Shown here in pieces: positions 53,901 to 64,000 of a DNA stretch of 64,000 nt. The notes under the pieces were generated by a model that saw nothing but the letters and a program-made list of their open reading frames with translations, did not search any database and was not told the DNA's origin. Both the position numbers and the translations under genes were made by a program. Positions within the stretch are counted from its first letter, which is position 1; every line of letters starts with the position of its first letter. The stretch is from Paragordius varius (taxonomy: Eukaryota > Animalia > Nematomorpha). Where the stretch lies: the NCBI GenBank assembly GCA_964247055.1, contig OZ176051.1, forward strand, positions 11,594,001-11,658,000, in the 5' to 3' direction.

Positions 53901-56900
53901 TTACTCGAAACATGATATGTCTCTAAGAGCCTGGATCAAGATGAGGGAAGAGGTAGAGGGAACCTTGACATAAATGATGAAGCTTAAAAATCGTTACGGT
54001 TGGGAGGGCGCAAACCAAAAAACCTTTCTATAAATATTTCTATACATATATATTGCTTGCGTGTGAATGAAAAAATAATTATAAAATTTACAAAATAATA
54101 TAAAAAGGTGAGCGCTTCTCATAATCGACAGGTTGGGAAGTTACAGTTAGTATTGTGGTATCTGATTGTAATGGATCACAACCGCTTCATGAGAGGCGTA
54201 AGTTTTTTGACTGATTGTGTCAGAGTTACCACTGAAAGGCCTGAAGACATGACAAATGGTTTTTTTACACCACAATGCTTTGTTTTACAACATCTTAAAA
54301 TAGCTTCGATGATTTCGCATCCGATGTTTAAAGAAGGGTTTGTATGGCATTTAATTGAGAGATGGGCGAAATGTGTAAAAATAATGGACAATATTTAAAA
54401 TTAAAAAATAATTGTCTCTTCAAAATTAAGTGTTTGAAAGAACCCATAAATAAATATATATATTTGTATGTGTACCAGTTTGCGATTCTCAATTTTAGCC
54501 TTAACGTTAAACAGTATGAAATATCGATCCCGTTCGCAATTTATATTGTTAGATTAAAAAAATTTATTTAAGCAAAAAATTCTTTTGAATGTTTAAATAA
54601 AAGCTTATATCCGCAGATTCAAAAACGCCGATGTCTTTTAACTAGTCAAAAAGCGGTAATAGCTCTATTAAACATCTCAATTCATATAATGTGTCACCGA
54701 CTTTATTAGTTTAACATAATCAGTATAAGCAATAACGAGTTTTAAATACTTGTGTTTTGAAAAGCGCATAATTTCATCAAAAATTTTAAGGAGCTTCTTT
54801 TTAAAAATTTTATCTGTTTCAACATTATTTATTAAAACAAAAATTTTTGATAATTGAAATCGCTATTGATAAAGAGAATTTTAAAATTTACGATTCCAAA
54901 AACTGATTTGGTGGATGCTAAAGCATCATTCCAAAAATTTTACCATAAATATTAACAAGATGCTATATTATTGGCTTAAACGAATTAATATCACTATATA
55001 GAAAGTTTCAGGGATTTTACATTGGAAGCCGAGCGATCATCACTATATAAGTGCCAAGAGTACACTGACACATATTTGGGATTTACTCAAATCGCGTGCT
55101 GATGCTAACTCTGATCAATTAGTGACTGAATCGGAATGGTTTGCGATGTGGAAAGATAGTTTATCTCAATTGCAAGATGGTTAATAATCAATTATTTTTC
55201 ATGCTGATATGATATTTTTTGGAATGAAAAAATTTTATATCGATATCTGCATACAAATAGGTAGTGGAGCTATGCCAGAATGGGAAGAAAAATTTATGGA
55301 TTTTTTGTTTGATATTACGGATGCCTCAAGTAATCTAAATAATTAATTTTAAATTTTGGATTTTATCCAAATTTTCTGAATTTACCTTGCACAAGTTGAA
55401 TATGACTAAAAAATAATTTTTCATTATATATTAAAACAGTTAGTTGCTATATATTATCACTAATCTGTAATTCCAAAAAACCATAATTCGATACCCACAA
55501 CATCAAATATTAGGTATAAATTTGTTTGTTTTTATGGCATAATTTATTATTTTTTCAGTATAATTTTAATTTAAAACAAAATTTGATTTAAATATATAAA
55601 AATATAGGTATTTTTAATCATAAAAAACATATATTTATTTGAGGGTGAATTTGAATTGTTTAAGGGTGTTTCAATTGGTTAAGGGCGAATTTGAATTGGA
55701 AATGATATATATAACAGGAAAAACTTCGTTTTAAGTCTTATGGATGAAAATCTAGTGAGTTTGACGAATTTTTTGTTTGTTGTAGATATTAATATAAATT
55801 AAAATTGTCTTCGCCATTTGAGGTCAAACTTATGTCGTGAAAACTAATTAATTTATTTATAATACAGTTAGTTTGACCCCCATTTATCATTGGGTTCAAA
55901 TTAACTTAAGATCATAATGACAAAATGGCCATCGTTTTCTCATTTAATTTATGATTGGAGTGAAATAAAGCAGTTTCATTTTTTTGAAAAATAGAGGTTC
56001 AGTAAAGCCTTATATCACATTAAGTCTTATGTATAATAGATAAACACTTGATAGTGTCAAAAATTAATTATATCAAATGACCCACATTAAAAAATATGAG
56101 AGATAGAATTACAAATCGCCGGTTTTTGGCATTAGGAAACCATAATTAACTGTATAAAACTTTTTGGAATATTTGCAAATGAAAGACTTTTTGGTTATTA
56201 TGATCTCCACTCTTTAAAAAAATTTCCTGAAAGGCTTAAAATTAGATTTAAAAAATAAAGGGCTGGGACGTTTATTAAAAACTCTGATATAAAAAAGTAT
56301 GCAAAGCCAGCTCATATTGGTGATTTTAGATCGCATCCGAAAAAATAATTACATTAATATATTCAATTATGTATGTATAATCCAACTTCTAATAATAACT
56401 ATTTAAAAGGTTTGATCAATCACGAGGCATTTAAACAGTATAATTTAAAATTGAAAAATTCTAAAATATTATAAAATTATTTTGTCATTTAATGGAATAC
56501 GGAAATTGGGTATTAACACTTAAAATTTTGTTAAAATTTTTCACGACAAAATTTAATATGAATAAATAAATATATATATAATATTTATTAATATAAAAAT
56601 AAATTATGTTAAGTTATGAGAGGAGTCAGCGAAAATTAACAACGATATATTTGATTCAGTTATTGAAAGTTTTCGTTGGGTGGCATAAACATATGGTGAA
56701 CATGCTCTATCGATTAAGACAATCGAAACATGGATTTAAAATATTTATTTGCTTTCATGGGTGTGGGCACGGTGGTAGACGTCACTGAAAAAAAAACACA
56801 AAATTGCAAGATTGATTACCCAAATCCCTAACAACAATTGGCAAAATGTCACAAAAAAACAATCAATAGATGTCTCCAAGCAAAAAGATTAGGTAAATGA

Positions 56901-57909
56901 CCGCCCAACTTGGATAAACGTTAAATTCAAATCGCAAATGACCTAATAAATCCTCTTTCAACGCCACGAAAAGAAATTACTTTGTATCACAATGGGTGAC
57001 ATGAGAAATAGCCTTATTTCGTAAATCCAAAAAGAAATGTGGCTATTGCCAAGCAAATTTATAAAATCAATACCAAATCGCTTTAAAAAAGACCATGCTC
57101 TATGTCTAGCGCTAGAGCGATAATTTAAATATTTGAAATCTGATGAAACGGGTAATGCAGAACGGTATTGCCTACAAGTGATTAACTAAAACCATGTTTT
57201 TATCGAAAAACCACCGGGACAGGCTAGAAGACATGACATGATTTTTCATGACAGTTTTCCACCGCTAAACGGGTTATCGCTTTGGTGGTAATTTTTCATT
57301 CGCTAAACTCTCCTGACACCTGATGCACACCCTCACAGAACATCGCAAAAATTTAGAAGAATGATATTTCGCAAAATAAAATCAGTTTTTTGTCGCTTTA
57401 GCTGAGAGTTGGGCATGTGTAAAGTCAATTTACGAGAATAAAATAAACAATCGATTTGTTTTTTTCCAAATAACCGGTAAAAACTTATGCTTACACCTAT
57501 GTATATTTCGCTAAGTTTACTTTTATATGAATTATTTAAGGCCACATATATCTAACATTGTAAAATATTATTTTTGTATTACCGCTTCTATATGATAGTT
57601 AAATCAAACATTATGCTCATAAATATCTATAGGTGATGGAGTGATCGACTTGGAAGAGTATAAAACGTTATTTAAAGCTTATGGCTATACCGACACTGAA
57701 TGTGAAGTAGCCTTTGCACACCTAACTAATGTATAATTAATACAAAGTTGTTTAAACAAAAAAATATCATACTAATTTATAAGTTAACTTAATTGCAATA
57801 GAATTCCACCGAAAACATTGATAGAGGAACTTATAAGAAGCTTTGGTGGCAATACTTTGTTGGTAATGATCCAGAGGAACCAGGAAATTGGATATTCTGT
57901 GGACATTAA
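47986..57909 (+). CDS. Calexcitin / sarcoplasmic calcium-binding protein (EF-hand); exons 47986-48052, 48157-48209, 55002-55179, 55261-55329, 57633-57730, 57802-57909; 190 aa
   Basis: The spliced protein MPGFELSHFQKQKLHYVFDVFFDLNKDGRIEEGDFDLALEKVSGILHW...TLTHIWDLLKSRADANSDQLVTESEWFAMW...MPEWEEKFMDFLFDITDASSDGVIDLEEY...ECEVAFAHL...KLWWQYFVGNDPEEPGNWIFCGH* is colinear with calexcitin over its whole length. All five introns are GT-AG and in phase. Confidence 0.92.
50181..50366 (+). ncRNA. Putative, probably decayed, HDV-like self-cleaving ribozyme in the RTE 5' UTR
   Basis: The core cctcctagtggtgatccggcgggcaac resembles the HDV core CCUCCUCGCUGGCGCCGGCUGGGCAAC. Hand-folded helices: P1 gttggat 50181-87 / atccggc 50304-10; L3 tcctagt; GG 50311-12; P4 hairpin cgtca/tgacg; J4/2 CTAA 50354-57; P2 cttcacct 50286-93 / aggtgaag 50359-66. 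P2 and P3 overlap, so the fold is imperfect. Confidence 0.5.
50181..54030 (+). mobile_element. Near-full-length decayed RTE-clade LINE (APE + RT + C-terminal C2H2 fingers) in calexcitin intron 2
   Basis: APE motifs: VNGL, DILAVQE, GCGFLI, VYAP, LGDFNA, THDRILV, TDHRLV. RT motifs: PEDWK, PIYKGKG, PISL, GFRERKST, FIDLEKAFDSV, FTDD. RTE-type LLYGCETW follows. Several stops and frameshifts are present. Element ends are approximate and no TSD was found. Confidence 0.92.
56620..57350 (+). pseudogene. Decayed mariner (Mos1-like) transposase in calexcitin intron 4
   Basis: Mariner motifs appear in order across frameshifts and stops: YGEHALSIKTIETW, KKTMLYV, LKSDETGNAERY.LQ.IN, IFHDS, SPD. No TIRs recognised. 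Confidence 0.85.
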
Positions 57910-59889
57910 TTTGTTATAATGTACGAAAAAACAAATATTATAATTTTTATGTCATAGCTTTCTTTCTTATTAGCCTTTGAATGTGATCTTATATATTTTA
58001 TCAGAAACTTGTCGAGCACAATATGTCATATATTTATTGTGCCATTTTACGCAATTTATTTGTATAATTCAGCAAAATAAATAATTAATTCGATATTTAT
58101 ATGGCAAAAGTTTAATTGTTGCCCATTTTCACCTAAACATTCTTATTTAAAACCGTTTTTTAGAATTGTAGTGCTAAACCCTGATTTTAACTCTTAAATA
58201 TGTGTCGAATTTTGTGAAAATTTAAAAAACATGATTATAAATAATAAAAAAAGATTTATATTGTATAATTTTTAAAATATATATTAGAAAATTATTTTTA
58301 ACCATTTCAAACCGCGATTCCATAACTGTGTATGAATTCCAAAAGGGTTTAATAAAACGGCTAATAGTTCCTGTAATCCCTAGGATACAAGATTTATATA
58401 GCAAAGAAAATCATTTAATCTTAAAACAGTTGTTTACATTATATGTTAAAATAGGATTTTTTAGAGTCTTAATATATTATTACAATAATTATGTTTTGGT
58501 ATGCATAGCTTTATTTTAATATCAAGTAAAATAGAAATTAGGTTGGTTAAATATATCCGAGCTGAAACGGTCTACTACATTTATAGAACCTTTTATAAAG
58601 ATATGATATATAGCCTATTGGATAAACAAGGTATTTTTATCGACTGAAATCTCTTTACAGATATAAAAATATAGCCAAAATATTTCCTAATTTTTGAGTA
58701 AAAATTTTTATCATTAAATTCGACGGGTAACATAAATAAGGGTAAAAGAAAATTCCACTCCTGCTAAGATGCAAATTATCTACTAGAAAAACAGATGTAA
58801 AAATCATAGGGCATACAAAGTTCAACACAATATTATTTATCTGAAATAATCATCATACATATAGGCCTAAATCGGTTAATTTGATTCAGTCGTGCAAAGT
58901 ACAATAAATTTACCTTCGTTGGAAAGACTAAAAAATTTGTTCGATTCTTGTATTAATTATACGTTATTTATTTTCATCTATTCAAAATTTAGTTTTTATT
59001 CAATCTATAATATGTTAAAAAGATTGAATAAATGTATTTTGTAAAAAAACCATAAATATATAAGCTAGGCTAATTAAATATAATAACAAAAGGTTTTGTT
59101 AGAGATTGGGCATTTTAGGACCCTGCTACCCAAGAATACCTATATCAATAAAGTTATTCCATTCTAAACTTGGTGTCGGAATATACACTGATTTCAAACT
59201 GACAAAACGCACCTAGAGAATATATTAAAACAATACCCATACTTAACGACTCAAAAATAATAATTTAGATTAGGACTGAAAAGTGTCACATCAGAAATTT
59301 CCTTGCTTTCGTGCCTGAATGTGGTTTATATTATAAAAAAACTTGCCAGATAAGCAACTTTGGATTTTTAAAATTTTTGTCAATGAATCGCATAATTATC
59401 ATTTTCATGTAATTTATTATTGAGTTATTTTAAATACATTTGATCATCATACATAAAATGCATAGATATTATTGTGATTGTAAGCAACCAAATTTAAATT
59501 ATATATTAGGAATGATAAAAAAAATATTAAATTACAGATTAAGTTTAGCAATTCCTTAGGATCAATATGATAAATTAGGCTTCAACAACCAACCTTTTCC
59601 TAATATACGATATTTTAATTATATTTGCATATTTAAGTAGTGATTCTGATTGTAACTTAATGATGTATAAATAAGTAAAATTATAATTTTATGTAAAGAT
59701 AGAGATGATTGAGTCGATTTAATGAAGATCATTTGTCGATTAAATAATTAATGGTAAAATCAAATGGGAATGATTGTGTATTAAGACTATATGCTAAAAG
59801 CATCATGAATAAAAAAAGTGAATTTAAATACTATAAATAAGAATTCAAAGTTTGAAGTATTAGACACAACGCTCACGATTTATTACCTT

Positions 59890-62800
59890 TTAATTAGTAT
59901 TATTGTTATTGTACCGAATGTAGGTATGATTGGTAGCATGGGGGTGATTAGCTTTAACAACAGCCCTTAAATGCGTTGGCTTAATCAATTCTGAATTCTG
60001 GGGCACCGCGTGCTCAGGCAAATTAGATGCAATTTGATTCGAGGTTTTATATGAGGTTGGGGGAGACGAAGATATATTGCTACTAGATAAATCAGATTTT
60101 TGCGTTGTATCATATATAAATCCTCGGTTATGTCCACCCATTGATAAAACTGGATTCGGCAATATTTTACTAGCGTAATAGGGGTCGATGAGTGTGTCTA
60201 AACTAGAACTTCCTTTCTTACCACCCGAGCCCAACAAAGTACGACGAGTCTTTAAACACAATATTGATGTTATGGTTATGGCCATAAGGAATATGCAAAC
60301 GAATACAGCGATACCAATACTAAAAGCTGCAGTAGACATACAAAATTCCCTATCACTAATTTGTCCTATAGATATGGCCGGGGCCGATCGGCTACTAGCA
60401 TGAGGGGAAAAGAAACGTTTCTGTTGATTTTGCTGTTGCGCAGACATTTTGGCTAGCAAATTTTTTACGGTATTTTCTTCATTTAAAAGAGAGTCTCTAT
60501 TTATAGGCTTTTCCACTTTTTCCATTACATTTTGTCTATCTTGGGTAGTTTTGGAATCCATTCCTTCTCCAATCACTCCTTTGAACCCTTCTTCGGTAGT
60601 TAATGACTCCTCATCTTCCACATCATCCAAAATGATGACAGAACCTTTGACTCTAATTTCTGGTTCTTCTTCTGGATTCCCAATTTTAGAAGCTTCATTT
60701 TCAGGGGCTACCTCACGTTTAGACCTAACTGCGGTGGATGGTACAGAACTCGTGCTTAATACAGTAACAGTCCGGGTCCCCGTAGTCCGATTCGCTCCAA
60801 TAATAGAAGGAGATGTTTCCTGTGGAGTGTTAACTGTGGAATCACTGGGAACTATTCGCGTTGTGACTCCAACGGTCGGTGTCCTGATGCCGGTCGTACC
60901 CCTAGTGGCTGCAACGGTTGGTGAAGGTGATCTTACGCTACCAGTAACTACTGAACCGATCGCCCCTGCCCCTAAAGCTCCTACTTGTGGACCTGACCGT
61001 TGAGCTCCTGTTACAGTTGGTGTAAAACTTTGCGTTGTTCCTGTGCGAGTTGTAAATGGAGATGGTGAGCCGACGGACGATATGATGGCGCCAGCTACCG
61101 GTCCAGATCCCGATGAACTATTTGCAGCGCCTGGTATAATTATAGATCCAGGGGCATTCACGAGCGGGCTAAACATAGGTTCAGCCGAAGATAACATAGC
61201 GGGAAATCCGCTTGGTAAGGTTGGAATACTGGAAAAGGGTTGTGATGCCCCACACACGGGCTAAAATATTAAAATATTTTATATGTTATTTGTTTATAAG
61301 ATTATAATTCCTAAATATATTAAATCAATCATATAAATATATAGTCCTCGTGACCAGTTTGAAAGGGCACTACAAATCAGTTTATCTGAATTATCTTACG
61401 TTCCAATCTCTTAATAGGCTGAAATTTTATTAATGAAGGAAGTGTGTACTTTCCCAAAAACTAACTAGTTCTGCGGTAAACCTAGGATCGGACCAAAAAA
61501 ACAGTTATTTAATTAGTATTTAATCTAGCTAAAAAATCAATTATTATTTTAAAGTTATGCGGGGGAGGGGTGTACTTAGCAAAATAAAAATTACAATGCT
61601 TATTTCGACGGCTTATAGTATTTATTATATGGAAACATAAAATCCCGAAAAACAATATTACCGTGGTACAGCTTGATTTAGGACACAACTTAACTACGCA
61701 TTCATAGTAAACCGAATTTGAGGTGGGGAATTTATGTGACGGAAACATAACGAAGGCCCGCGTTATACCATCGGTGGCTAGACCCGTTTGTGGGCTTATC
61801 GTATCATATTGAAAAGGCCCAAACACCGCGGGGTTAACTGGGCATCCTTGGGCATCCGTTAGCTGTTGTTCACCCCAATTGATTCCGTCTCGTGCCCAAC
61901 ATGAGTGTACAGTAAATCCGTAAACACCTGAATAATTACGATAAGTATTTTTGTTTAATTATTTATACATTAACAGTGAAGAAAATGGGGGTAGTTAAAA
62001 TAAAAAAACGTATCAGGGTTGTTGGAAACTTTTGTATGAGTTACAAATTTATATAGTTGAATACACTTCAATCATAATAACTCAAAATCAAAAACCAAAT
62101 TTAACACGCTTTGTGTTTTTTTCATAATAGCTAAATGTTTTAAACCCGAACATTTTGCTTATACATATTATATTCAAAAAGCCAGCTCTCATAATCTGAC
62201 ATATATAATGGGTTTAAGAGAATAAAAATTTAAAACAATAATATTATTAATACCACCTTTTCTCTTGAGTTAATTTTCAAAGCTTTTTATTGCATACTAA
62301 TCCTGATGGGAACGGTTTAAATTTAATTATTATAGCTTAAATACTTCTGATTTCTATAATAAAAAAAGATTCAAATTTATTTTAAAGTATTTTCAAACAC
62401 AATTAGGTGGCAAAAATAAATATGGTTTTTATCCTGCCTCGAAATGTTTCAAAATAAACATTCCAAATGAAATATCGGCCTTATATAAATATGATTAATT
62501 TTTTTCCAACTAAATTTATTAAATAAATAAAAGCGGTTAAATGTAGTTTTTAGAGAAAAATCAATTTAAATGTGGGCTCAATTTTCCCATTTCAGATTAA
62601 AGTGAATATAATTTTGTTAGACCAGTAAATTCCCAATAAACACCAAAGCAAAAACTTCTTCTGGAGTAAATTTATTATATTAGGTACATATTAAACCATG
62701 AACGAATGGTTATTTATTAGTATTAACTTTCCTATTAAAATAGACGATCCTTATTTCCGCACAAATTAAAAATTACTTTCGTCCATTAATTTAATTTTGA

Positions 62801-63926
62801 GGGTTAAAAAGGATCCCAGAGAAACAAATCCACTTATGAGGGGACCATCAGGCGTTTTTCCAACATGAATTGTCATAATGGGTTCAGGCAATTCTGGGAT
62901 ACCCGTCAAAACACCGACCGTTGTTATCATACTAAATAAATAAAGAGATATATATTATTTTTATTCGAGTTTGACATAATAGATTGGGGATGGCTGTATG
63001 GAGTTTGTATTATTTTTATATATTAATATATATTTTTTATTAGATTTTTTATATTATCTTAAGTTTGGGTCAATGTGTGGTTCATCTAATTGTCATATTT
63101 TAAATAGAGAAACTAGAATTAATCGTAATGAATTGGTTGTTACATTAAATCCAAGTAAAAACAAAATGAATTAAAAAATCATTTGTTTTAGAAATTAATA
63201 ACATCTAGTTATACAGGTGATTTTATGAATTTTGGGAGTTTGTTCCATGATATTAAAACAAAAATTTTATTTTACATTGTACGTATCTTAGAATATTTTT
63301 AACAATTCTATATAAAATCTAGTAGTATTCTCCATAACTATCGACGGGTATTTAATATGTTTTTTTAACATAAAAGTGAACAGGTAATAAGTATGCGTTA
63401 TATGAAACTGATCAGTCATACACGTTACATTTTACACAAATTTTACAATTATTATTCAAAGCTGTTTTTGAATTTTAAACGCTCTTTTGAAATATCGCCT
63501 GTTGAAATACAAGCATTTAATTTATGTATTTCACTAAATATGCAAAATCTTAGCCATTTGTTAAACTAAAATACACCATGAAATTATTACAGGGTTTAAG
63601 GTTTTGGGTTTATTTTTCTTAATTTTTTTCGGTTGGTGGCTAAGTCAAAAATATTTAAATTAAAAAACTTTATTTATGACCCATCCCATTATTATTTAAA
63701 TATATAATATAATCTTGTTTATTTTGTCTCGTTTAAAATTATTAGTGTCTTTTTATAATTTTATGATGATAGGGAATATTTAATACCTGACATTAGCATT
63801 GGATGTTATTAATTTTTCTTGCAATGGATAATGACAATCCAAATGATAAGCTCTGTCCGACGATGTCACCAAAAGCGGATGGTTTTGCAATATGACAACA
63901 TTTCGAAAATTTATGGATCCATCCTC
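59890..63926 (-). CDS. ZP-domain (cuticlin/dusky-like) type I membrane protein, 5' part outside the window; exons 63926-63787, 62931-62777, 61927-61662, 61260-59890
   Basis: ZP-N end (NVVILQNHPLLVTSSDRAYHLDCHY) and ZP-C (GFTVHSCWARDG...LTDAQGCP...FPSHKFPTSNSVYYECVVKLC...C...C), then furin site RSKR, TM segment (FSIGIAVFVCIFLMAITITSILCL) and a cytoplasmic tail. Junctions are GT-AG and in phase. Confidence 0.9.
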
Positions 63927-64000
63927 CTAAGCAAAATGAAAAAATAAATTAAAAAGAATAAAATAACGCATTTGGCAAATTTAAAATGTTACTTTATTTA

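Noticed and set aside
54108-54398. 96-aa ORF (and 71-aa antisense ORF) in calexcitin intron 2
   Set aside because: No recognisable motif, a GTG start, and it is not needed for the calexcitin frame. It could be a TE remnant or nested exon but is unsupported.
16629-61264. ORFs antisense to or overlapping real exons (16629, 19292, 22870, 24158, 24366, 27988, 33569, 50560, 51426, 51675, 52816, 60188, 60449, 61043)
   Set aside because: These are shadows of coding sequence on the other strand or frame, with no recognisable motifs.
1-64000. rRNA, tRNA or snRNA genes; firm species assignment
   Set aside because: No cloverleaf or rRNA-like conserved blocks were seen. Gene content is compatible with an ecdysozoan invertebrate, but the species cannot be determined from this window.

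Overview
AT-rich (roughly a quarter GC, judged by eye), intron-containing metazoan genomic DNA. I found no rRNA, tRNA or CRISPR array. Seven spliced genes can be reconstructed by hand: a class A GPCR-like gene with an apparent 1-nt frameshift (1231-7050, +); a single-VWA-domain gene (11681-14235, -, 5' end unresolved); YJU2/CCDC94 (16550-19816, -) head-to-head with MOB4/phocein (19872-24672, +); a Toll-like LRR receptor with no TIR domain (26786-30120, +); calexcitin/SCP (47986-57909, +); and the 3' part of a ZP/cuticlin-type membrane protein (59890-63926, -, runs off the window). Two more minus-strand genes are only partly resolved (about 30700-33900 and 40621-41194). Introns and intergenic DNA carry hAT MITEs, foldback-like elements with 21-nt internal repeats, non-autonomous Helitrons, a decayed Mos1-like mariner, a BovB-like RTE fragment and a near-full-length decayed RTE LINE. 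The most notable signals are: (1) only 55 nt between the YJU2 and MOB4 start codons, flanked by four 26-37 nt introns; (2) frequent GTT splice donors; (3) MOB4 with a 200-510 aa low-complexity tail; (4) an HDV-like ribozyme signature at the 5' end of the RTE, which also ends in three C2H2 fingers; (5) the TIR-less Toll-type receptor. All exon structures are hand predictions from splice signals, reading frame and remembered family motifs, not from RNA data or database searches.
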